The position numbers were made by a program, and so were the translations under genes. From Bdellovibrio sp. (GTDB lineage Bacteria > Bdellovibrionota > Bdellovibrionia > Bdellovibrionales > Bdellovibrionaceae), in the NCBI GenBank assembly GCA_036676395.1, contig JAKFCY010000002.1, forward strand, positions 2,528,001-2,592,000: a stretch of DNA of 64,000 nucleotides, written 5' to 3'. Shown here in pieces: positions 48,301-57,253 of this stretch (position 1 is the first letter of the stretch; each line of letters opens with the position of its first letter). The notes beneath the pieces are model-generated. The model had not been told where the DNA came from and did no database searches. It saw only the letters and a list, made by a program, of their open reading frames with translations.

Positions 48301-48914
48301 CCAACCGCCACACAAGAAAATCCTGCGCCGTTAAATCGTACGGCTTCACTGGCTGTACATGTTGGCAAACTTGCCACTTGGACAAAATCAGTTATATCTT
48401 TGCCACTAAATTTTAAAGAGTCGTTGGCATACATCGCGTAGGGAACAGCGTTGATTGTCATGGCCGGTAATGTTTGCCAACCGTTACCATCATGAAACTG
48501 CATCACAACTCGGCGTGTGTCGGTTGCTAACGGAGAGTAAGTGCCCGGGCCACCCGCATCACAAGGCAGTGATGCCGTTGTGTTACTGAACACCTGTTCA
48601 AAAGTGCTACCACTGACTGGAAACGTTCGTACTCCACTGCCTAGTGAAAATGAAACTAAGCCGGCACTTGAACCCATATTCACATTCGAATAAGTTTCAG
48701 CATATAAAATACAACTTCCTACCGGATCTAAAATCGTGAATTTAAAATTAACGGTTGAAGCTTCAAGAGGATAACCATCTGGTTTAATAATTTTTGCCTG
48801 ATAAGTGGTGCGCGAAGGCCCCGCAAATGCGAACGCCATGTTTAGCAGAGTAAACACAAAAAATAGAAAAAAATTGTGATTCAGAATTTTATTCTGCCGA
48901 CCTGTACGTTCCAC
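42321..48914 (-). CDS. tail-fibre-like trimeric adhesin with C-terminal peptidase S74 chaperone (Bdellovibrio MAT-like)
   Basis: Signal peptide; about 15 GNVGIGT..P repeats; SDERLKNI cleavage motif, GIKAQDV..PEAV and terminal coiled coil. Confidence 0.88.
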   Translation of the reverse strand: MERTGRQNKILNHNFFLFFVFTLLNMAFAFAGPSRTTYQAKIIKPDGYPLEASTVNFKFTILDPVGSCILYAETYSNVNMGSSAGLVSFSLGSGVRTFPVSGSTFEQVFSNTTASLPCDAGGPGTYSPLATDTRRVVMQFHDGNGWQTLPAMTINAVPYAMYANDSLKFSGKDITDFVQVASLPTCTASEAVRFNGAGFSCVAVGNPDVSVTSSSVIAALGYTPADGADVTSTLSSVSSTVFSVSSTVTSLQNSVTASFATITSSQWIASGTAISYQTGPVEIGNYGAPEFTPALLVASDVNAISGIEVKNHSTSATADARFTIFDTQTNYIAFSQPGVSNTGTIFGLPRSTTSMILTNGSSGASARDLAIGTYKNNHLVFGTGSYERMRITASGSVGIGTSFPVTTLDVAGGIKIGTEANSCSATFAGTLRYNSGVVEYCNGTTWVTFGVSGAGILSINGLVSGSQTFALGVSGVAPNVSSTGTVHTFNFPMASAATTTAGLISYNDYLNFSNKQSATSAAVVATLGYTPANVVSVTTLSSTVSSLSVTTAASFAAITSSQWVSSASTIYYNNGNVGIGTTSPNSKLHVGYSVVNDAVNTLASFGYSTLQNRSINIQSIGNFSTNDQYILLSGTLGSGSVVGTPTLTSAFAPSFGLESNDTGMSLITANWGTNMTPVRALTVAPSGNIGIGTSAPDSNLHIVSTSPGNGVKIQGTGTNAPAFRLYSGSNLNSTFGAALAAGHFLPGTAVGDSVLTTNISSNLIFGTSATEKMRITSAGNVGIGIAVPTAKLHLTSGTSVTAALRFTASTLTASAQTGAMEYDGANFYLTDASNNRRAIATGSSSGSIDNASIINSTGNISMVPVGSVIVSSTTPSTSTSTGALIVKGGAGIAGDINVGGSISGGNTGQINFAGNLGDGSGGMRLSSVGSVDVAIDTDNNDTIRQFRVMTNGSDRASATTLMAVTEAGNVGIGTTAPTVALDVIGTFRLATSVSSAANIEMGNMIYGSLNPGFSTSNGAYIQGPSNGSFVVDLRNNQSDDAFAIRYSASNTGVVDSIGMVLNGQGRMGIGTSSPTSTLHVSGTIRADENLTISGAGSFSNNGSGVLLLRPATNEFRVQNSTGVFDYFTVKAGNVGIGTSAPATRLHIVDNVANILTLERANNQNSLIEYKNTLGSVFAGQINGTTGWGIGPGLDLGATGVFQVTSTGRVYIGGATAPTARLHITPGTSSVAPIRLALGTLLTSPQSGTIEYDGTDYYVTDNSGIRRTIATATTGGVLTNTNTVSSTSGITLWPAAGNSVVVSSTVTSTNSSTGALIVNGGAGIAGALNVGGIISGSAIIKGTGFRANQGIPDNGDNSTVGYAFGADGDTGLFSTGTAGPTNGQLSFYSNNGERMRMTASGALGIGQIPTAQLHVFESTTLGTGFGSYDLNNAVLRVQEASGNGLFADGNTIISDVAGGFSIGTIQGQPILFGTSNTERMRVDTNGNLGIATTAAISRLDVNYPGSTPNATNSDANNFINKSGFRVAADFGAGSNALYFGVSELSNTRTSWIQSGHRDPAFATFASDSELVLQPHGGNVGIGTSAPVTRLDVLGPLYSASYPVNSFVVDNAGAATGVGGGLGFGGYISSGTAPVVFGAVRGSKENATTSDVAGYLSLMYRQALSPALTEGLRITSTGNVGIGTSAPTAKFEVKGSDLGQNINDTVELQRFNSYNGNVGLLDIRQIRTASGTNWFSAGSRIQQKIDATWMGYLQFNGSGNEGGISFGTNQTTVAPGNVPERMRITNTGNVGIGTSNPTSILSIEQNSNADTFVNVTNNNSGTLSRAGFVMTNIGSAYGSNSAGILLGGVSSTTALNQLALFSNSGIVSGINISASAGGIRFSTGAIERMRVDSSGYVGIGKQEAAAGTSGSITRMVIHPYGHTGGPWKIDARDLGADAFLDFYYGAGQVMTFENDGDVGIGTSTPLQKLHVSGNVQVNGDIYGGLYGGTRAIWRFSTADPNFGIFYTESSPDRISFAPNGGGVSTPAMVVHGNNVGIGVSAPTYQLQLSTDSAAKPGTSTWTIASDERLKNIRAPFTRGIAALNGLNTVYFNYKQDNPLGLPSSKEFVGIKAQDVLKVIPEAVTQDSEGFFHVTNDSIIWTAVNAIKEIYHKLIGVEVEIKNLKVENAVKDRKIQSLEQENAAIKAYLCSKDPAAPICQ

Positions 48915-49079
48915 AGCTAACTTGTCGGAATATTTGACGAATTTATGAAGTTTTGTCGCCGATAAATTTCAATCAATTTCACGCCGCTAAATGCGACATG
49001 AGATCGTTTTTAAAAGACTTGTTGTATCAAGACGAAACAACAAGTGTGAATGACTGGACTTTCGTAAAGTAAATGACAG

Positions 49080-49865
49080 CTAAATCGCTTCTAACTCGCC
49101 CGCTTCGATTGAGGCTGCAAGTTTAGCACGTAAGCGTAACACCGCTTGTGCATGCAGCTGAGAAACACGCGATTCAGTCACGCGTAGCACTTGTCCGATC
49201 TCTTTTAAGTTCAGATCTTCGAAGTAATAAAGTGATAACACTAAACGCTGGCGCTCTGGCAGATCTTCGATTGCTTTAGCTACAACATCTTTGACCACTT
49301 TTACATTTAACTGATTAAATGGATTATGTGATTTAGCACCTTCTAATAAATTCACGATAGATTTTTTATCTGAATCACTGAATGAAGGTTGATCATCAAT
49401 AGATAATAAACTGACCGGGCGAACCTGATTAATTAAATCATGAAACTCTTCGATCGGCATATTTAGACGCGCAGAAATTTCTTCGTCCGTCGGAGAACGG
49501 CCTAATTCAGATTCTAAAGCAGTGATTGTACGATCTAAAGCTTTTGATTTATCACGCACAGAACGCGGAATCCAGTCTTGTGAACGCAATTCATCTAAGA
49601 TCGCACCACGAATACGGAATTCAGCATAAGTTTTAAATTTATTATCACGGGTTGGATCCCATTTATCGATAGCATCCATTAAGCCAATCGCACCAGCTGA
49701 AATTAAATCATCGATGTCGATGTTCGGCGGTAAACGTACTGCAATTTTTTGCGCCACAAAGCGAATAAGCGGCGCATACTCTTTGATAAGCTCTTCTTTT
49801 TGCTCGCGCTTAATTTTTTTAGGCTCATCTTTAGAGTACTTTTTCAGTAGATTAGCTTTAGACAT
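49080..49865 (-). CDS. fliA: flagellar sigma factor sigma-28
   Basis: DDLISAGAIGL, RIRGAILDELRSQDW.PRS, LKEIG.VL.VTESRVSQLH. Confidence 0.96.
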   Translation of the reverse strand: MSKANLLKKYSKDEPKKIKREQKEELIKEYAPLIRFVAQKIAVRLPPNIDIDDLISAGAIGLMDAIDKWDPTRDNKFKTYAEFRIRGAILDELRSQDWIPRSVRDKSKALDRTITALESELGRSPTDEEISARLNMPIEEFHDLINQVRPVSLLSIDDQPSFSDSDKKSIVNLLEGAKSHNPFNQLNVKVVKDVVAKAIEDLPERQRLVLSLYYFEDLNLKEIGQVLRVTESRVSQLHAQAVLRLRAKLAASIEAGELEAI

Positions 49866-49946
49866 TCAATTTTACCCCTCGTGCGTATCATCTATAGTTT
49901 ACCGAAACTTTGTTCAGTTCCGATAGTCCAATAATTATTTTATCGA

Positions 49947-50792
49947 TTAAGCATGACCTGTGGCTGGTCTGAAAATAGCTGCCAACCCACTGGTCTTTTG
50001 GCTTGCCGGTTCACCCGCGTGACCTGTATTCACTGAAAACGAGTCGCGAGCCCCGCCCTGAGCAGCTTCGGCTAATATTTCGACAGCAATTTGTCTGAAA
50101 ATATTTGCAGTTTCTGAAGGCGCATTTTGTCTCATAATAGTACGTTGTTGCTGTTGGTACTTCTGCAAATTCTCATCAAACGGAAGACTGCCAAGCAAAC
50201 TAAGACGTACAGATAAAAATCTTTCAACCACTTCAGCAAACTTAATGAACAGCTGTTCACCGCGCATACCTTTCATTTGGTTACAAACGATTTTGAAATT
50301 TTGTAATTTATATTTCTGATGTAAAACTTTAATCATCGCGTAGGCATCAGCAAAGCTTGATGGATCTTGCGTAAGAACGATAATGCATTCATCAGCTACG
50401 GCATTTAAATGCAACACGTGTTCATAAATTCCGGATGCGGTATCGATAATCGCATAGTCATATGAAAATTGCATATCTTGCACTTGATTGATTAATTCAC
50501 GACGCTGAAAAGCATTGAGGTGAGTTAATTCAACCAACCCACTGCCACCGGCTATTAAATCAATATTTTTAAATAATGGTGTAATACATTCTTTGATCGA
50601 CTTACCTTTTAGCACATCGCCTAAGTGCTGCTGCGGGCGCACGCCAAAGTGAATATCCACGTTAGCTAAACCCATATCACCGTCGATCATTAGAACTCTT
50701 TTATTTTGTTCTGCGATGGCGATACCTAAATTACAAGACAAAGTGGTTTTACCGACTCCGCCTTTTCCCGAACTGATAGCAATTATTCTCAT
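49947..50792 (-). CDS. flhG: MinD-like flagellar number regulator
   Basis: SGKGGVGKT, DGDMGLAN; lies between flhF and fliA. Confidence 0.88.
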   Translation of the reverse strand: MRIIAISSGKGGVGKTTLSCNLGIAIAEQNKRVLMIDGDMGLANVDIHFGVRPQQHLGDVLKGKSIKECITPLFKNIDLIAGGSGLVELTHLNAFQRRELINQVQDMQFSYDYAIIDTASGIYEHVLHLNAVADECIIVLTQDPSSFADAYAMIKVLHQKYKLQNFKIVCNQMKGMRGEQLFIKFAEVVERFLSVRLSLLGSLPFDENLQKYQQQQRTIMRQNAPSETANIFRQIAVEILAEAAQGGARDSFSVNTGHAGEPASQKTSGLAAIFRPATGHA

Positions 50793-52171
50793 AAGTTCAT
50801 TCCTGTTTCTGCTTTTGAACCGGTGATGTTTAAAATTAAATCTAAAACGCGCTCAGCAGTGGCACGTTCAAAGTCTTCCGGTGTTCTAGAGCCAATTCCG
50901 AAGGCGAATATCGGAGCTCTGGTTTTTTGTATAAAGTTATAGATATTTCCATGCATTGAAGCTTCATCAAGAGATGTAAAAATCACATCTGAAATTTCTA
51001 AAGCCTGATAACGTCTGTGCACTTCTAATAAATCTGCATCTTTTGACATTGCCGATAATACCAAGTGCGTGCGCACCGGCTCTGATGTTGGCGGCATCAT
51101 TTTTTGGATATAACGAATTTCGTCAGCTGCTTTTAAATTTAAAGAAGCAAAATCGACAAGCACATGATCCACTTGATTCAAATAAGGGATAACTTTGAAC
51201 CAATCAGCCTCAGACCGAATCGAAATAAAAGGTAAATTTAAAATTTGAGCAAAAATTTTCATTTGTTCATCAGCACCGATTTTAATGGTGTCTGTTGAAA
51301 TTAAAGCCACGCGCTTTTTATGATTTAAAACTAAATCACTGGCATACTTAATCATTGTCGAAGTTTTGCCAGAACCAGACGGCCCCATGAATAAATGAAA
51401 CTGTTCAAAGTTTTCTTGCGCTACCGGAACTGATTTTAAAATATATCTGGCAATGTAGGCCTCAATGACGGCTTTTTGATTTTGTTTATCAGGCGTAATC
51501 TGAGTTTGCGCCTGAATTAAAATTTCAGCTGCCACTTCAGGTAATAATCCTTTACGCGTTAGCATTGAATAGTATGAACTTAAATTATAATTCACGCCTT
51601 GCTCAGCGCCTGGGTGAGCCTGTACAAAGCCTTGTGGCATTTGTTTAAACTGACCAAGTAAGTTTTTTAACTGATCAATTTCAGATTTCAATTGATCGAC
51701 TTCTAAATTATTAAAAGACGATTGCGCTTGCTGAGTTAGTTTCGGTGTCGGATTATATTTCGACGGCTGCGCAGCAACCGGAGCCTGGGCGACAGTGTCT
51801 TCACGGTCAATGTCAACGTACCGGCGCTGAGTCATCGTCGTAGGAATCATTGGCTTTTTGCGGGTTTCTTCACGCTGCATTTGTTGCAATCTTTGTTCAA
51901 TTGATTTTTGCATTGTCTCTTTTTGTAGACGAGCAGATGCCGTTTTAAACGCTTCACGTGTCTGCGTTGGCATTTTTGATTCGACATATTTTCTATGCTG
52001 TAAAACATTTTCAGAATAAGCTGCGGTGATCTCAATGCTTTTTTCACCACCTAAGCCAAATCCTTTTGTCACTTCTTTAGCTGACAAGATAACTGCATCA
52101 GGGCCTAACTGAGTTTTTACTAACTCTAAGGCTTCTTTCATTGATCTAGCTTCGAATTTCTTGATCTGCAT
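50789..52171 (-). CDS. flhF: flagellar SRP-like GTPase
   Basis: MQIKKF..LGPDAVILS N-terminus; GPSGSGKT; TSLDE. Confidence 0.92.
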   Translation of the reverse strand: MQIKKFEARSMKEALELVKTQLGPDAVILSAKEVTKGFGLGGEKSIEITAAYSENVLQHRKYVESKMPTQTREAFKTASARLQKETMQKSIEQRLQQMQREETRKKPMIPTTMTQRRYVDIDREDTVAQAPVAAQPSKYNPTPKLTQQAQSSFNNLEVDQLKSEIDQLKNLLGQFKQMPQGFVQAHPGAEQGVNYNLSSYYSMLTRKGLLPEVAAEILIQAQTQITPDKQNQKAVIEAYIARYILKSVPVAQENFEQFHLFMGPSGSGKTSTMIKYASDLVLNHKKRVALISTDTIKIGADEQMKIFAQILNLPFISIRSEADWFKVIPYLNQVDHVLVDFASLNLKAADEIRYIQKMMPPTSEPVRTHLVLSAMSKDADLLEVHRRYQALEISDVIFTSLDEASMHGNIYNFIQKTRAPIFAFGIGSRTPEDFERATAERVLDLILNITGSKAETGMNL

Positions 52172-52172
52172 A

Positions 52173-54260
52173 CTATGCTACCCCTACTGATGCTACCGAT
52201 TGAACTTGTGCTTCCGGCGAAACTTCACTGTGCGAAAGCACAATTAATTGCGGAATAAATCTTGATAATAATTTGAATAAATGACGACGAACTGTTGGGC
52301 TCGTAAGTAAGATCGGCTGCCCGGCAATCTCAGGATGAGTTTCAATTTGCTGCGCAATATTTGAAATCATTTTAGAAGCCGACTGCGGATCCATCACTAA
52401 TTGCACACCTTGTTCAGTTTGCAGTAAAGCATTTGAAACTAATTCTTCTAAACGAGGATCTAAAGTCATTACCGACATGGCGCCATCATCAGAAACATAT
52501 TTTGCCGTGATTGAACGCGATAACTGTTTACGAACTGATTCAGTTAATAAATCGATATCTTTCGTGCGCACGCCATCATCAGCCAAAGTTTCAAAAATGG
52601 TGTATAAATCACGTATTGAAACCTGCTCTTTAAGAAGGTTTTGCATAACCTTAACCACACCGCCTAAAGATAAAGTGTCTGGGATTAGATCTTCGACAAC
52701 TTTTGGATGCGTTTTTTTGAAATTATCAATTAATGTAGAAGCCTCTTGGCGACCTAATAATTCATGTGCGTGCGTACGAATCATTTCAGTTAAATGCGTC
52801 GCGATCACAGTTGGAAGATCCACCACTGTGTAACCTGCCATCTCGGCCGTTTCTTTATTATTTTGGCTGACCCATAGTGCATCTAAGCCAAAAGCAGGCT
52901 CTTTTGTCGGAATACCATCAACTTTAGCTGTGATATTACCTGGATCCATCGCCATTAACATGTCTGGCTTAAGGTTTCCGCCGCCAACTTTATTACCTTT
53001 GATCATAAAACGGTATTCACCCGGAGCTAAAGTCAAATTATCTCTGATATGAATACTTGGAACTAGAATTCCCATATCTAAAGCAAATTGTTTTCTGATC
53101 GAAGTGATACGCTCTAATAAATCGCCGGCTTTAGTTGAATCAACAACTTTGATTAGCCCATAACCCACTTCAAGTTCAAGCATATCAACGCCCTGAACTC
53201 CGTCGATCTGTTCTTTTTTAGGCGCAGCCAATTCAAGATCGGCTTTTCTTTTTTCTTCGACAACTTTTTCATTTTTGTACTGAGATATAACCCACGCGAA
53301 AGCGGCCATCGCTAAACCCATGCCAACAAATGGTAATGTCGGTAATCCAGGAATAATCGCCAACACCCCGAACACACCGGCAGAAGCATAGATTGGTTTT
53401 GGATTAGTTAATAACTGACCAGAAACCTCAGCTCCCATATTTTCTTCACTACCACTGCGAGTAACGATAATACCAGCTGCAGTTGAAATAATAAGAGCAG
53501 GAATCTGTGCTAATAAACCATCACCGATTGTTAGCATCGTGTAATTCTGAGCAGCTGTAGCGATATCAAGATCTTTTTGCAGAACTCCGATTAATAATCC
53601 ACCAACAACATTTACGATGGTAATAATAATACCCGCAATAGCATCACCGCGTACGAACTTCGAGGCACCATCCATCGATCCATAAAAGTCTGCTTCACGT
53701 TCAATTTCTTTACGACGTCTTTTAGCTTCGCCTTCATTGATAACACCGGCATTTAATTCTGCATCGATCGCCATTTGTTTACCTGGCATTGCATCTAATG
53801 TGAAACGTGCTGCAACTTCGGCCACGCGCCCAGAACCCTTTGTGATTACAACGAAGTTGATAACAACTAAAATCACAAACACAACTAATCCGATAACGTA
53901 ACTATCACCAACGACCACGCTGGCGAAGGCATGAATCACAGCTCCGGCTGCTTTTTCACCCTGATGACCATCACTAAGAATTAAACGCGTTGTTGCAACG
54001 TTAAGTGCAAGACGAAATAGTGTAGTCATTAGAAGTAATGACGGAAACGAAGAAAAATCTAAAGCTTTTGTTGTGTAAATTGATGTTAATAAAATTAATA
54101 TGCTTAGCGCTAAAGAAAGCGTTAAACCGACATCAAGCATAATTGCTGGTAACGGAATAATCATCACGCCTAATACGGTTAAGATAGCAATCGCTACGAA
54201 CAGGTCAGTGTTCTTAGTGTATTTATCAAATCTTTTAACAAACTGAAAAATATCTTCCAT
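52173..54260 (-). CDS. flhA: flagellar export gate protein
   Basis: TKGSGRVAEVAARFTLDAMPGKQM, FYGSMDGASKFVRGDA. Confidence 0.98.
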   Translation of the reverse strand: MEDIFQFVKRFDKYTKNTDLFVAIAILTVLGVMIIPLPAIMLDVGLTLSLALSILILLTSIYTTKALDFSSFPSLLLMTTLFRLALNVATTRLILSDGHQGEKAAGAVIHAFASVVVGDSYVIGLVVFVILVVINFVVITKGSGRVAEVAARFTLDAMPGKQMAIDAELNAGVINEGEAKRRRKEIEREADFYGSMDGASKFVRGDAIAGIIITIVNVVGGLLIGVLQKDLDIATAAQNYTMLTIGDGLLAQIPALIISTAAGIIVTRSGSEENMGAEVSGQLLTNPKPIYASAGVFGVLAIIPGLPTLPFVGMGLAMAAFAWVISQYKNEKVVEEKRKADLELAAPKKEQIDGVQGVDMLELEVGYGLIKVVDSTKAGDLLERITSIRKQFALDMGILVPSIHIRDNLTLAPGEYRFMIKGNKVGGGNLKPDMLMAMDPGNITAKVDGIPTKEPAFGLDALWVSQNNKETAEMAGYTVVDLPTVIATHLTEMIRTHAHELLGRQEASTLIDNFKKTHPKVVEDLIPDTLSLGGVVKVMQNLLKEQVSIRDLYTIFETLADDGVRTKDIDLLTESVRKQLSRSITAKYVSDDGAMSVMTLDPRLEELVSNALLQTEQGVQLVMDPQSASKMISNIAQQIETHPEIAGQPILLTSPTVRRHLFKLLSRFIPQLIVLSHSEVSPEAQVQSVASVGVA

Positions 54261-54273
54261 CTGCTAATCCTTC

Positions 54274-55407
54274 TTAGGCAAAAGGCCCTGGGTTATTATT
54301 GCGAGTACTTTGTGGTCTTTGCGCTGTATTCTGAGTTCTACGCGCTTTACGTTTACGTTTAAGTCTTAATACATAAGATAAAATTTCAGCGACCGCGACA
54401 AACAGTTCACGCGGAATCACTTGGCCCACTTTCATTGTTTTAAAAATCGTACGAGCCAGAGGTTTATTTTCGATCACCGGAATATTATGCAGGCGGGCTA
54501 ATTCTTTGATTTTTTCAGCCATGAAATCAGCACCCTTACCGATAAGTTGTGGTGCTGGTAATTTATCAGAATAACGTAACGCGACTGCAATGTGCGTCGG
54601 ATTTGTGATGATCACATCGGCTTTCGGGATATTTTGCATCATTTTACGTTGTGAAATTTCACGTTGAATTTTACGGATACGCGCTTTGATCATCGGATCA
54701 CCCTCGCGCGATTTATGTTCTTCTTTGATCTCTTGTTTGCTCATCATCATTTCGCGCTCTAACTGCCAGCGCTGAAAAAAGTAATCCGCAATAGCGATCA
54801 CTAACATGAAGATGCCTGTACCCATTAAAAGTTTAAAAACAACACGCCCTAAATAGGCAAAAATTTCTGGAATAGCATAGCTGGATAAAACAGGAATTTG
54901 GTTTATTTCAGATTTTAATAACAAATACATGGTCCAACCAACCACGATCATCTTCAGCATGGATTTAACTAATTCGCCAAACCCCTTCATTGAAAAAATT
55001 CTGCCAATCGCTGATAACGGATTTAATCGGTTAAGATTCATACTTAATGCATCTTCAACTTGTAAAAATCCTGTTTGAATCAGGTTTGAAGCTACACCAA
55101 TAACCAAGGCCCCAAACATAACCGGGCTGATTAATAAAATTAGTTTTCCGCCGGCAAACCATAACAGATCATTAAATTCGCCAGCTTTGGCAAATTTCAC
55201 CATCGAGTGACCGAAGCTCACATTGAATACTTCAGCAATATTGGTAAAGAAAAAACGAGACATCGCATACAATAGACCAGCAGCCGCTATAAACACTAGC
55301 GCTGTACCCAGTTCTCTGGTCATAGCCACTTGCCCGCGCTTACGGAATTCTTCCCGGCGGCTATCCGTGGCCTGTTCTGTCTTGTCGTCCTGACCTTCGT
55401 CTGCCAA
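54274..55407 (-). CDS. flhB: flagellar export specificity switch
   Basis: DKTE..T, EGDP.IK, NPTH autocleavage motif. Confidence 0.97.
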   Translation of the reverse strand: MADEGQDDKTEQATDSRREEFRKRGQVAMTRELGTALVFIAAAGLLYAMSRFFFTNIAEVFNVSFGHSMVKFAKAGEFNDLLWFAGGKLILLISPVMFGALVIGVASNLIQTGFLQVEDALSMNLNRLNPLSAIGRIFSMKGFGELVKSMLKMIVVGWTMYLLLKSEINQIPVLSSYAIPEIFAYLGRVVFKLLMGTGIFMLVIAIADYFFQRWQLEREMMMSKQEIKEEHKSREGDPMIKARIRKIQREISQRKMMQNIPKADVIITNPTHIAVALRYSDKLPAPQLIGKGADFMAEKIKELARLHNIPVIENKPLARTIFKTMKVGQVIPRELFVAVAEILSYVLRLKRKRKARRTQNTAQRPQSTRNNNPGPFA

Positions 55408-55446
55408 ACTTAATTCCTTCCTAGAATCAGTTCGATTTAGTTTTCA

Positions 55447-56232
55447 CTAAATCATTTTTATAAACTTAAATAACTCTGCGGTTGAAACTTCTAACATCCC
55501 GCCCAGTTGTAAAACCATCAACGGTAAACTAATAAATAAAATCGCAAAACCTAATAAAATGGTTACCGGTGCTGCCGTCATTAACACGTTAATTTGCGGA
55601 ACCGCACGGCTTAGAATACCCACGCCCACTTGCACCACTAACATTGAAATCATCACCGGAGCTGCGATTTTGATTCCGAAAATAAAAAATTCCTGAGTGT
55701 ACTTAGCCACTTCATAAAAACCAAGGGCCTTAATACTTACAGTTGATAACTGCACCACTTCAAAACTGCTTGTTAAACCCTGAATCATGTAATGATGACC
55801 GTTTAAACCCATGTACAATAACGTAGCCAGAGCCACAAAAAATTGCTCCATCACATTACCCATCGAACCCATCATCGGATTAAAAATTTGCGCTTGGCCT
55901 AAACCCATCGAAACTGAAATTAATTCGCCGGCCATAGCAATGGCAAAAAAGAAAATGCGCGTCGTAAAGCCAATCGATACACCGATAAAAACTTCTTTTA
56001 AAGCTAAGGTTATCAAAGTGTCTTCTAAACTATTAAGCTCTACTAAAACGGCGTTGTTCGCTACCGTATTAAAAACTGTCATTGTTAAAACTAAAGATAA
56101 CAATATTTTTAACGGAGTTGAAACCGACTGAGAGTTCAAAATCGCAGCGGTAAAGACAAAGCCCGACATTCGGAGCAAAATTAGTCCGAAGGCGATCAAT
56201 TGAACTTCGTTCAGCTGCGAAACTGAAAACAT
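55447..56232 (-). CDS. fliR: flagellar export protein
   Basis: Multi-TM; AGELIS..MGL, SRAVPQINV. Confidence 0.94.
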   Translation of the reverse strand: MFSVSQLNEVQLIAFGLILLRMSGFVFTAAILNSQSVSTPLKILLSLVLTMTVFNTVANNAVLVELNSLEDTLITLALKEVFIGVSIGFTTRIFFFAIAMAGELISVSMGLGQAQIFNPMMGSMGNVMEQFFVALATLLYMGLNGHHYMIQGLTSSFEVVQLSTVSIKALGFYEVAKYTQEFFIFGIKIAAPVMISMLVVQVGVGILSRAVPQINVLMTAAPVTILLGFAILFISLPLMVLQLGGMLEVSTAELFKFIKMI

Positions 56233-56507
56233 TATGGCTCCCTCACAATTGTGGCCATATTCTCGAATAAATTAACGGTGTAGTTTTTCATTACGTCCAT
56301 CATCCAAGGGCCAGCTAAAATAAGCACTATAGCAATGACAATCATCTTAGGAACAAAGGTCAGCGTATTTTCATTAATCTGAGTTAAAGCCTGAAAAATA
56401 CTGATAACTAGACCAATGACGAGCGTACTTAAAAGCAATGGTGCTGATAACATTGCCGTTGTCTTAAGAGCATCTTGTCCTAATTGTAAAATTATATCTT
56501 CACCCAT
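56232..56507 (-). CDS. fliQ: flagellar export protein
   Basis: FQALTQINENTLTFVPK; start set at MGED (overlaps the fliP stop). Confidence 0.95.
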   Translation of the reverse strand: MGEDIILQLGQDALKTTAMLSAPLLLSTLVIGLVISIFQALTQINENTLTFVPKMIVIAIVLILAGPWMMDVMKNYTVNLFENMATIVREP

Positions 56508-57253
56508 TAACCGAAGCTCCTTACCATTGAACCAATTAATAAGGTCCAACCGTCAACCATTACAAATAACATGATCTTAAACGGAAGCGCGATCACCGCT
56601 GGTGGCACCATCATCATACCCATCGACATCAGCACACTCGCCGCTAAAATATCGATAATTAAGAATGGTAAGAAAATAATAAAACCGATCATAAATGCCG
56701 TTTTTAATTCTGAAATAATAAAAGCAGGAATCAAAACTAACGTCGGAACATCAGCACGTGTTTTTGGCTGCACCGTTTTAGATAGTTTTACGAATAACGC
56801 TAAATCAGCATCACGCGTTTGTGAAAACATAAAACGACGTAATGGCGTCACGGCATTATCAAAAGCGGCTTCTTGGGTGATCGTACCAGCCATATATGGC
56901 TGCAACGCTTTTTGATTAATCTCAGTGATCGCCGGATTCATCACAAAAAATGTGATAAATAAGCTTAAGCCAACTAAAAGCTGATTCGGCGGCAACTGTT
57001 GCACACCCATCGCTTGGCGTAAAAAAGACAAAACGATTAAAATACGGGTAAAACCCGTCATCATAATTAAAATCGCCGGTGCTAAAGTTAAAACTGTCAT
57101 CATCAAAACTAATTTGATGGCGTTTACAACTTCACCCGGATTTTTTGTATTATTAAATCCTAAGCTCACCGTCGGCAAAGTCACCTGAGCATAAGCCCAA
57201 GTGCCTACCAGCAATGAAAGAAAAAATGCAACGATCGATAATCGTTTAATCAT
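56507..57253 (-). CDS. fliP: flagellar export protein
   Basis: MMTGFTRI, PPNQ, PAFIISELKTAF, LPFKIMLFVMVDGW. Confidence 0.97.
   Translation of the reverse strand: MIKRLSIVAFFLSLLVGTWAYAQVTLPTVSLGFNNTKNPGEVVNAIKLVLMMTVLTLAPAILIMMTGFTRILIVLSFLRQAMGVQQLPPNQLLVGLSLFITFFVMNPAITEINQKALQPYMAGTITQEAAFDNAVTPLRRFMFSQTRDADLALFVKLSKTVQPKTRADVPTLVLIPAFIISELKTAFMIGFIIFLPFLIIDILAASVLMSMGMMMVPPAVIALPFKIMLFVMVDGWTLLIGSMVRSFG

Noticed and set aside
42321..48914. Prophage tail gene
   Set aside because: Has a signal peptide; no other phage genes, integrase or att sites nearby
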